A DNA stretch of 64,000 bases from Bilabrum cf. latius. Its lineage: Eukaryota. Numbering within the stretch: the stretch's first letter is position 1; every line of letters starts with the position of its first letter. The notes under the pieces are model-generated. The model did not search any database, was not told the DNA's origin, and was given only the letters and a program-made list of their open reading frames with translations. Location of the stretch: positions 372,001 through 436,000 of the forward strand of contig OZ237740.1 in NCBI GenBank assembly GCA_965178125.1. Reading direction: 5' to 3'. This document shows positions 11,947 through 21,937 of the stretch, piece after piece. A program made the position numbers and the translations under genes.

Positions 11947-13026
11947 TTATGTCAGGTCTATTGGGGCTATCCCAAACTCCGCTGGAAGTTGCTTTTTGGC
12001 GTCTTCTAGGGTTTCCCACGTCCAATCCTTTTCGTTTGGAAGACCGTCCCATTCCACTTGGACTCTCGTTGGTTCTCGGGTATGGACTTTCTTCATATCC
12101 TTTCTGCGGATTGCCTTGGTGTTGTGGAGCTCATCGTCGTCAATTATCTATAGTTCTTCCTTTGTGTAGGCTACTTTGTGTTTCTAATCCACGACATACA
12201 AAGGGGGTTGCCCTGGTCGCAGAAGCACCTTGGTAATTTGTCGCTCCGTCGGGTCGTAGCGTAAATCACTGGCTCTAAATGAACCCATGAGTTTCTTGGA
12301 GAGTTTGTAGGCCTCTCTAGGTTCTTCCAATGGAATCCTAACAATTGTTCCCTTTTCCAAGATATCGCAAGCCTTTCCCCTACAGTGGGTCGCTCCAAAG
12401 TCAGTCGTGGGAATTGGTGGGTTTTCTTTGAGTTTCTCTTTCTGGAATTCGTTGTAATCCTCAACAATCGTAGGGACTAAATCCAACCATCGTCGCTCCA
12501 CTTTTCCCTTGGCTATTTCCTCTACATTCTGGACGGAATTGATGACGATTCCAAACAGCTTGTTAAGGTTTTCCACCACGGCCTGTTGTTTGTGTCGCCC
12601 TGGCTTGTTTCGGCGCACGTAAATAGGCCTTTCCTATTCTTGTAGGTGTCTTGCCAATTCGTTAAATTCATTTCCGTTGTCTATTTCTAGCCTCACGGTG
12701 GGTTGCTAGACATTTCCCCGCATGAATATCTAGAGAGCTTTTTCATAGGTTTCTTTCTGGGTTTTCTTCTATAGCGGTTCTGCGTCTATTAATTTGGTGT
12801 GTAAATCCACAGCAGTTAAAAGGTATTTATATCCTTGGTCGTTCGGCAATTGGAGTAAATCCATCTGAACGACTGCGTTTGGCTGCGGGACGTTCACCTT
12901 GGGTCTGTTCTTGCCCTTGGGTTTCTTTGGGCGTTTCATTAAATTGCGGATTCTAGAGTCCTGAGGTATGTGAACCCCTTGGAGAACATATTGGAGAACA
13001 TTTGGGTATTCCTTAATGATTTCCAT
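11947..13026 (-). CDS. Retroviral-type (rve, DDE) integrase with C-terminal chromodomain-like region, 359 aa
   Basis: QMDLL..GYKYLLTAVD, IDNGNEF, QAVVENLN; tail VQVEWDGLPNEKDWTWE. 6 TAG read through; ends TAA. Confidence 0.92.
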
Positions 13027-13039
13027 TTACTATAAGGGT

Positions 13040-13654
13040 CGGTAGGGAAACCGTGGGAAAGTCTTGGGAAAAGGTGGGATACCTTGGGGAACACCTGGGA
13101 TTTCTTTGAGAAAGGTGGGATACCTTGGGGAACACCTGGGATTTCTTTGGAAAAGGTGGGATGCTGTAGGAAATTAATTGGAAACCGAGGGGAAACCTTG
13201 GGAAAGTCTTGGGAACCTTCGCTTCGGAGAAAGACCAGACGTTCCCTCGGCTCCCGTCATGACTCTAGATGGAGACCGATGTAGAAACTCTTCAGTAAGT
13301 CTAAAATTGAGTTTTGCCCTGCGAAGTAGGGACAAATTCGTTCCTTCGGCTCCCGTATCCCTCTAACAGCAAACACAGGGATGTTTTTGGGAGGCCGTTG
13401 GATTCTTCAAATTTCTTCTGACACTTTTATAAAAACATCTCTGTCATTGCTGTAGGAGAAATATAGGAGTAGTAATAAAAGATAAACTTTAAATTCCCCT
13501 ACTTTGTAGGAGATAAAAAGTAGTCTGTTTTATGAGACATGGACTATGAGACACGCTACGGAATTCTACTAGGAGACTTAAGAGGAGTAGAGAGGCGCGG
13601 AGCGTCTCCTCTATATTGCTGTGGAGCCCCGCTCATCACACTTGACCCCCCCCC
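13040..13654. repeat. Non-coding, repeat-rich terminal region (candidate TIR) including a 39-bp direct duplication
   Basis: AAAGGTGGGATACCTTGGGGAACACCTGGGATTTCTTTG occurs twice at about 13070-13150; the region ends in a C9 run. Confidence 0.5.
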
Positions 13655-13919
13655 AATTCATATTCTTAACATTAGAAACATCCCAAGTATTTAAAGGTTC
13701 ATTAAAATACACCCTATGTTTGAATACATAATTCATATTTTTAATGAATGTAGTTATTATCCTTTCGGGCTTATATTTAGTAAGTAAATCTTTTAGTTGC
13801 TTTCTGGTTTTGACTATGTAGTAGGTTTGACCTTCAAATGTATAACCTTTTCTAGCTCTATAATAATTAATTGGTTGTGTAGCTTTCAAGGTTCCATTTT
13901 CCCATTTGAATTCTTCCAT
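13655..13919 (-). pseudogene. DUF285/BspA-like repeat protein, interrupted
   Basis: FNEPLNTWDVSNVKNMN repeat breaks off into GGGGGGGGG at 13654. Confidence 0.7.
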
Positions 13920-14639
13920 TCTGTATATACATATAATAAATATATTTTTTAAGTCAATTTAAACGCTCACTATAATATTAAATATATTAATATTATTATA
14001 TTAAAATTCAATTAATTAAAATTATCCTCTATCTCGTCTCTCTCCTCGTTATCCAATACCCATTTTAATCTTGAAGGGTGCCACGCTCTAGAAATTAATT
14101 CTTCTTTATATTTTTTTGTTGTCTCAATTATCTTATCTTTTCTATTTTTCCAATACCTGTTATCAGTTAGCGTATATATTATGTTCTCTGATATAGTCTC
14201 AAAACGTTTTACTTTCTGTTTATGGTTCTGGATTATTGCTTTAATCTCGGGAGAACGTGAAACCCGCTCATTTATTAAACTCTGAATACTCCTCCTATTT
14301 CCATAATATCTTAAATGTTCTATTTCACTATTAGTTAATCGGTTTTCTTTTACTTTTCTCATTTTAGATATAGTATCCTATTTGATAATCCGTAATTTTA
14401 TTTTCTAATACTTTTTTAATACAAGGTATAAAATCTACTCTATAGCTTCATCCTCATTATCATATAAATCACATAGATAATTATATCGTTCCCAATGGAC
14501 TCGCTCAGCTTTTCTAAGAAATGTTTTAGACGGTCTAAGCTCCTTTCTCAAACTCATAGATTTTTTGGTTAATAGTTCTAAGAAATCCATTCTGTATATA
14601 CCTATAATAAATATATTTTTTAAGTCAATTTAAACGCTC
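13917..14639 (-). promoter_or_regulatory. 52-bp promoter duplicated upstream of both AT-rich ORFs (13917-13968, 14588-14639)
   Basis: GAGCGTTTAAATTGACTTAAAAAATATATTTATTATA(T/G)GTATATACAGAATG, near-identical in both copies. Confidence 0.85.
14012..14590 (-). CDS. Hypothetical viral protein, 192 aa with TAG=Gln
   Basis: ATG at 14590 is in frame through 3 TAG. C-terminal KEELISRAWHPSRL motif of a kind frequent in giant-virus proteins. Confidence 0.7.
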
Positions 14640-15085
14640 TATAACAATTTAAAAATAAAAGCGCGTTTGTTCCATTTGTGAAGGTATAAGCGAGGATAAG
14701 GGGGTATAATGAAGGTAGTTTAGAAGGTTGAATAATGGAGTCCCATAAAGTGATGGAACTTTTGGCTAGAAAATGGCTAGAGTCCCATAACACCTTCACA
14801 AGAGGGCTACATCCACGTTTTGCTAAATAATACATATACTAATACGCAATTTGTGGATATGGTCATCGTATAGAGTTTTATATATAATTGATTTTATATA
14901 ATTAGAAGGATAAAGCAGTTATATGAAGTAGCAGTATGAAGAGGTTCACCTTGACTTTTGGAGCGACTAGCTCCAAAAGGAGTGGAACGGACTGAAGAGC
15001 TTTAGCTCTGATGGACTGGAACTATTGATGATGTTAATCATCCTTAACCGAAGGGAATAAATTTATTTATTACCGTAGCGGGGGG

Positions 15086-16215
15086 CGTCCGGCAAGGTGG
15101 TCGCCACGATCAAGCTTGAACATAAAGGCGACTCGTACTACGATCGGTTCTATATTCCCCGATCTGGCATATTTACCTTCATCGACGTGCGGGTATACCA
15201 CGTGAACCTGCACAAACTCGAAGCAACCGAGCTGCCTGGCTCGAAAGGCCACTGCTACAAGCCTGGGCTACTCGACCGCGCAACTGGTAACCAGCTGCGC
15301 CCATGGGCCAAGTTCGAGATGTACTCCTACTCGGCTACTACTGGCGAGTGGACCACCATCGAGGCGGCAGAGGTACAGGCCACCGTTCCGATCGAATCGG
15401 AGCTTCTGGAAGGCAAGTCGCTCCTCACCCGAGTCCACAAGACGCTGACGGGGCCCATCAGGGGCATGTCCGTCCACAAGGAGCGTCTCGTTGGATGCGG
15501 AGCACCAGGACACTACATCAGGCTGCAGGACGGCCGAATCGCAGCATGGACCGATCACGGGGAAGGGTTCGGTGGTCTGACCATGTGGGACATGGCGACC
15601 AAGAAGGCCCGCTTCGCCGCTGACTGCTTCCTGCTGGAAGGCAATCCAAAATGCGAGGACTGGGAAGAGATCATGGAGGACAATGGATATGCTGAAGGCA
15701 CCCTTGTGCAGGTGGGTCCCTCCATGGCGGCCCTGCTGCTGCAGCAGTACAAGTACGGCATCGTGCTCATCGACGTTGATCGCATGGAGCAGGTGGGGCT
15801 GGCCGCGGAGGGCGAGCACATCCACCTGGCCGAGGCCGTGCATGTGGAGGGCATGGACCATGCCATGCTGGTGGCTGGGACCGTGAGTCCTGGTAAAGTG
15901 CAGGTCTGGTGTCCTGTAGATGGTGACGCAGGTTGGTACAAGAAGCAGCAGGAGGTTGAGCTCGGCGAGAAGGTGACGGGAGTGACGGCTCTGAAGGCAA
16001 TTCCGGGGGGCAACCTGCTCGTGTCTGCGCGGCAAGGCAGGTTCAACAACCGATTTAGTGATGACCACCCCTTCAAGTGCTTCGAGCTGAAGGGTGTCAA
16101 GGTAGAGCTGTCGGCTTCGACTGAGACCATCGATGATGAGACTGCTACCGCCGGTGTAAGCGGGAGTGTGATGCTCCAGGCGATGGAGGCGCATGCCGAA
16201 TCTGGTTCTAGCTGA
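15086..16215 (+). pseudogene. Beta-propeller-like gene A, copy 1 (5' part displaced by viral insertion)
   Basis: Resumes at CGTCCGGCAAGGTGG; nearly identical to copy 4, 17098 bp downstream. Confidence 0.85.
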
Positions 16216-16319
16216 TCCTGGATCAGTGCATTCGGACCACGAAATTGTGGATGGATTCTGCAGACTCTGTGACTACACTACAATCCGATCAAACCACAAA
16301 TAGACTCTGCACTGGACCA

Positions 16320-16820
16320 CGCACTCACAGCATCCTGCCCCCAGCCCAATCCAGGATTCAAAAGCGACCTCCCATCATGGATGCTGCAGTGCACCACGCA
16401 CTCACAGCACCCTGCCCCCAGCCCATCTCAAAAGCGACCTCCCATCATGGATGCTGCAGTGCACCACGCACTCGCAGCACCCTGCCCCCAGCCCAATTCA
16501 AAAGCGACCTCCCATCACGGATGCTGCAGTGCACCACGCACTCACAGCACCCTGCCCCCAGCCCATCTCAAAAGCGACCTCCCATCATGGATGCTGCAGT
16601 GCACAACGCACTCGCAGCACCCTGCCCCCAGCCCAATTCAAAAGCGACCTCCCAGCGAGGATGCTGCAGTGCACCACGCACTCACAGCACCCTGCCCCCA
16701 GCCCATCTCAAAAGCGACCTCCCAGCGAGGATGCTGCAGTGCACAACGCACTCGCAGCACCCTGCCCCCAGCCCAATTCAAAAGCGACCTCCCATCACGG
16801 ATGCTGCAGTGCACCACACA
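16320..16820 (+). repeat. 70-bp minisatellite, about 7 units
   Basis: Unit CAGCACCCTGCCCCCAGCCCA(T/A)(C/T)TCAAAAGCGACCTCCCATCA(T/C)GGATGCTGCAGTGCACCACGCACTC(A/G). Confidence 0.95.
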
Positions 16821-16863
16821 ATCATAGTGTCCAACCCGGCCCATCCAGTATTGATGTGACCTC

Positions 16864-19539
16864 TCACTTGCACGTGGCATACACAGTGGACACACCACGT
16901 CCCTGAATGTCCAGCTCATAGTCTTGTTCCGGTACTCCGACGGCCAGGGCGCGCCTGGATGCATCGTAGCGAGCTTGCTCTTTCCCTCCCAGCCTCGAGT
17001 CGTACGATGAGAACATACCCGAGTCGAGGCTTCTGTGCTCCCTCTCTGCTTTAGCATACTCTGCACGAGCCGCCTCCAGCCCGCGCCTGGCATCATCAGC
17101 CTCACTGGCCTTCGTTGGAAGGTAATGGTCCAGCCACTTCATACCAGTGCCACTCGTCGCCATCACCTGCAGGCACATGTGAGTGCTGGTGTGACGGTGC
17201 TTCTGGGCGGTAGGGAATGGCTTCAGGTCCGACTCGACGTGGAATGGGTGTCCGAAGTTCACACCGAGGACGGCGCGCATCGCATTCATGCCGAAGCTTC
17301 TGGTCTCGGCCACAGACTCCAGCCGAGGATACAGACTGCTGCCGCGACTCCCGCTGTTGCAAGCTGATGGCAATTGCATCAACACTGGGACTGGCTGGAA
17401 GTCGTCAGGCTCGGCATACAGAGTCCAAGTGCCTGCCACAGGGAGCCTCTCGCCGATTGTAGTAGCGTCCTGCCCTGGCTCAGATCCCAATGCCGATGTG
17501 CCAGCGTCTGCAAACATCTTCAGTGGGGCCACACGATCCACCGACACTTCCAGAAGCATTGGTGGTTTCGCATCAGTCATCGCGCTCTTGTGCTTGTCAC
17601 CCCAGCTCAGCTGAATGCCGCGCGGATACTGCATCGGTGCATCATCCAGCTGACAAGACGTCAAGCCTCGCCGGAGCCCGCTCAGCCCATACGACTGCAG
17701 CTTGAACGTGCTAGCCACATCGGCCGGATCCACCTTGCGGTAGATCACGTTGACTCCCCCGATGCTGTCTTCTCGCTACTTCGCACTCGCACTCGGACTC
17801 AGCGATGCATCAGGCGACCCCTCCTTGTCGTGCTGCAGCTTGCCAGCCGTGTACACGCCGGCCTCAGACCGAAGCAAGCTGCCCTCCACCGCGCGGAAGA
17901 GCGGCTTCGTCTTGCACTTGTCGCTCCCGATGCTGTGCAGGCCACTCCACACCAGCTTCGCACCTGTTGCCTCCGGCAGCATGATCTCCACAGGACGAAC
18001 GTATCCCACTTCCAGCGGCGAGCAGAACGAGGACGCCAGACACACGTGCCTGGCCTGACACAGACCGTCCGGCTCTGAGTCGCCTTCGACACCGCACCTA
18101 GGCAGCGGGTGCCTGCACGACCCTCCCTCCTGCTCCGCCTGTTTGCGGTACTTGTCCGGGCAGTAGTCGCCAGTGCCCAGGATCGCATGCAGGGCGCGCT
18201 TCCGGATCGATTCGAGCTTAGTGAGCCGGCACGTCTCGCCCAGCAGCGCCTCTTTCCCCTCGGGCAGCGGCCTGCCGTACTTGTGCTCGAATGACGTGCA
18301 CTCCAGGCTAGACGGCGGCTGGTATCGAGTGCTTCCGCGCTTGCCGCACGCCAGGTGGATGCCGCTGCCATCGCCCCCAGCGGACCCATCAGCCCCTGAC
18401 TCGCCAGAGACGTACGACATGTAGTGCGACACGGAGCTGAGGCACGCCCTGCACGCGTCTGTCGCCTGCTGGTGGTACTCGTTGACGATCTTGGTGGTGG
18501 TGCTGCCGTCCGCATGCCTGTGCTCGTGCTCTGACTCGAACTTGTTCACGAGAGCAAACTCAGAGTCGTTCAGGTGGCAGGACTTGCGGAAGGCCTCGTG
18601 CTTCCTGGCCATCTCGTCGCAGTCCTGCAGCGGGTACGGCTTGGCCTCTGGGAATCCATTCGCGCTGCGCTCGTTGTGGATCTTGATCAGGTAGTTGAGC
18701 ACCTCCTCGCAGTCTGCCTTGGGCAGGCCCGTCTCGGCCGACAGCCGCAGCAGCGTGCTTGCACCGTGCGACGCAAACACGTTGTGCGAGGCCTGCCGAA
18801 TGCGCTCCTGCATGGCGGCTTCGATGAGGAACTTCCTGGCCTTGGCGGCTTGCAGCACCTGGGATAGTGGGATGTCCTTGAGCTCGTTGCCGTCGGCGTC
18901 CAGCATCTAGGTATCTCCGGACATGAAGCACATCCTCCCGACCGCTTCCATGCTCTCCACCCTGCCGCGGCTCGACCGCTTGCCTGCCTCCATCGCTATG
19001 CGAGTGCACGCCTCCCAGTCGCCGAAGAGAGCCAGGCCGTGCAGGGCCCAGAACTTCATGTCCACCACGGCCGGCATCGTGTCCACCGTGGTGGCCCAGC
19101 GCTTGAGCCCAGCCATCATCGTCTCGCGGTCCTGCGTGGCGCTGACGAGGCTGGGCTCGCCTCCCCTGACGCTCACCGTGACGTCTGTGGCGAGCTGAGC
19201 AGTGCGCCGAGACTTGCCGGACGACCACGCCGCGCTGAGATCCAGTCCTGCCTTACCCGCACTGGAGGCCAGCTCTGCCAGCTGCAGGGCCCGTTGGATG
19301 GTGGGCCCGTCCTCGCGGATGGAGCTGGTCTTGTACGAGGTGTCCACGACTTCCTCCCGCCCGTCCACGATGCGGGTGTACTTGGTGTTGGCGGTGGTGG
19401 TGTGGTTGGAGCGAGACGCCGTGAGGATGTCACCGACTGAGATGGACTCTGCCGGGTCGAAGCTGGCCTGCAGGGAGAGGGCGGTGTCGGTGTGCTCGTC
19501 CGTGGAGAGCTTCTCGGAGCTGAACTTGCGGGTGACGGG
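16864..19539 (-). pseudogene. MACPF-like gene B, copy 1 (5'-truncated)
   Basis: Open with TAG=Gln. Homology to copy 4 stops at about 19537, before the MACPF signature. Confidence 0.8.
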
Positions 19540-19899
19540 GTAGGTTTCTTCTCATCGCGTAGTAGCTGATCGGTCCTGGCATGGTTGTCATATAGAACTT
19601 TGTTTGGTTTGGCTGCAGTTCCACGCCTACCTGCGAGTGCTCAGGTGCCGGACCTTTCGGTGAGTGCTCGAATGTTAATCCATCCGCCTGAAGTGCCACG
19701 CGCCGTAAATCCATTCTCGGACTTTGGATGCCCTGATCCGGAATCCGGAATCCGGATCAGCTTCGCGACCGGTTGCAACCACTTCATTTGTAGCGTGTTA
19801 GAACAGAAAAACCACTTTATTGACCAATTATAAAGTTGAAGACATGAACTTGCGACTTTCGGAAAGGGATCTTCATTCTACCAGCCTTCTTCTCATACA

Positions 19900-21330
19900 A
19901 TGGCTGCAGTCGCAGGAGCAACTGAAGCTGATAAGATTAAACCTTCTGGAGACGGTAGGAAGGTGAGCGCCACTACTCATGCGGCTGATTGGGTCGATGA
20001 ATCGATGCGTGCGGACGATGGATGCGAAGCCGTCTCAATCGGTGATGTGAAGTGGGAAATGATGAAAACCCGCATGATTGGATTCAGCACTTTAGATCAT
20101 GTGACTGGTATGCCGGAAGGGTACGCCCTGACCAAGGTGTGCACCTTCGATGGGGAGGAGCTCGAGGTTTTCGATACTTCGTCCGGCAAGGTGGTCGCCA
20201 CGATCAAGCTTGAGCATGAAGGTGACACAAACTACGACATGTTCTACATTCCCCGATCTGGCATCTTCACATTAATCGACGCGGGGGTAGACCACGTGAA
20301 CCTGCACAAACTCGAAGCAACCGAGCTGCCTGGCTCAAAAGGCTACTGCTTCAGGCCCGGAGTACTTGATCGTGCATCCGGCGACCAGCTGCGCCCATGG
20401 GCAAATTTCGAGATGTACTGCTACTCAGCTACTACTGGCAAGGAGACCACGATCGAGGCAGCAGAGGTGCAGGCCACCGTTCCGCTCGAATCTGAGCTTC
20501 TGGAACGCAAGCCACTCGTAACCCGAGTCCACAGGACGCTGACGGAGCCCATCAGGGGCATGTCTGTCCACAAGGAGCGTCTCGTTGGATGCACCGTTCC
20601 TGCACACTACATCAGGCTGCAGGACGGCCGGATCGCTGCGTGGACCGATCAAGGGGAGCCGTACGGCGGTCTGACCGTGTGGGACATGGCGACCAAGTAG
20701 GTCCGCTTCGCCGCTGACTGCTTCCTGCTGGAAGACAACCCGAAATGCGAGGACTGGGAAGAGATCATGGAGGACAATGGAGAGACAGAAGGCACACTTG
20801 TGCAGGTGGGGCCCTCCATGGTGGCCCTGCTGCTGCAGAAGTATAAGTACGGCATCGTGCTCATCGACGTTGATCGCATGGAGCAAGTGGGGCTTGCAGC
20901 GGAGGGCGAGCACATCCACCTGGCCGAGGCCGTGCATGTGGAGGGCATGGACCATGCCATGCTTGTGGCTGGGACCGTGAGTCCTGGTAAAGTGCAGGTT
21001 TGGTGTCCTGTGGATGGTGATGCAGGTTGGTACAAGAAGCAGCAGGAAGTTGAGCTCGGCGAGAAGGTGACGGGAGTGACGGCTCTGAAGGCAATTCCGG
21101 GGGGCAAGCTGCTCGTGTCTGCCCGGCAAGGCAGCTTCAACAACCGATTTGGTGATGACCACCCCTTCAAGTGCTTCGAGCTGAATGGAGTCAACGTGAA
21201 GCTTGCGGCTACGACTGAGACCATCGATGATGAGACTGCTACCATCGATGATGAGACTGCTACCGCCGGTGTAGGCGGTAGCATGCTGCTTCAGGCGGTG
21301 GAGGCGCATGGCGAATCTGGTTCTTGCTGA
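19900..21330 (+). CDS. Beta-propeller (WD40-like) gene A, copy 2, 476 aa, apparently intact
   Basis: One in-frame TAG (20698). Blade-like motifs LEVFDTSSGKVV, LTVWDMAT, KVQVWCP, VTALKAIPGGKLLVSA. Confidence 0.75.
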
Positions 21331-21544
21331 TCAATGGATCCGGATTCGGACAACGAAAGTGTGGATGGATTCCGGAATCCGGAGTCCGGACCATATTAAA
21401 CCCAAGTTAACCTTAATATCATCCAAGGTTCAATGGGTATTCGGGATGGAGACAGGTTCTCAGCTGCTTCGGACATCCCCGGATCGATATAGCACCACAC
21501 TGCAACCAACCACAAATAGACTATGCGGTGCGCCAAGTACAAAC

Positions 21545-21895
21545 ACAGCACCCTGCACCCAGCCCATCTCAAAAGCGACCTCCCATCTCGGATCCTGCAG
21601 TGCACCACACACTCACACAGCACCCTTGCCCCCAGCCCATCTCAAAAGCGACCTCCCATCACGGATGCTGCAGTGCGCCACGCACTCACAGCCCCCTGCC
21701 CCCAGCCCATATCAAAAGCGACCTCCCAGCGAGGATGCTGCAGTACACCACGCACTCGCAGCCCCCTGCCCCCAGCCCATCTCAAAAGCGACCTCCCAGC
21801 GAGGATGCTGCAGTGCACAACGCACTCGCAGCACCCTGCCCCCAGCCCAATTCAAAAGCGACCTCCCATCACGGATGCTGCAGTGCACCACACAA
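21545..21895 (+). repeat. 70-bp minisatellite, about 5 units
   Basis: Same unit as 16320-16820. Confidence 0.93.
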
Positions 21896-21937
21896 TCATA
21901 GTGTCCAACCCGGCCCATCCAGTATTGATGTGACCTC

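Larger units (their letters stand above)
1..13654. mobile_element. Endogenous virophage (Lavidaviridae/Maveriviricetes-like), left part outside window
   Basis: All four virophage core genes (MCP, penton, Cys protease, FtsK-HerA ATPase) plus pPolB, SF3 helicase and rve integrase. Right end inferred at the C9 run 13646-13654, where composition turns AT-rich. Confidence 0.93.
13655..15085. mobile_element. Right end of a second, AT-rich viral-type element
   Basis: Abrupt AT-rich composition, two giant-virus-like ORFs with a duplicated promoter, and a terminal G6 abutting host coding sequence. Confidence 0.6.

Noticed and set aside
412-13026. Viral genes as decayed pseudogenes full of stops
   Set aside because: All internal stops are TAG, there are no frameshifts, and catalytic motifs are intact.
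1-15085. Code-15 bacteriophage or prophage
   Set aside because: The gene set is virophage-type, and the flanks are eukaryotic (LINEs, Helitron, hAT, spliceosomal intron) and use the same code.
16245-16906. Long ORFs in all frames across the minisatellites (also 38515-39732 and 263-487)
   Set aside because: Artefacts of stop-free repeat units whose length is not a multiple of 3.
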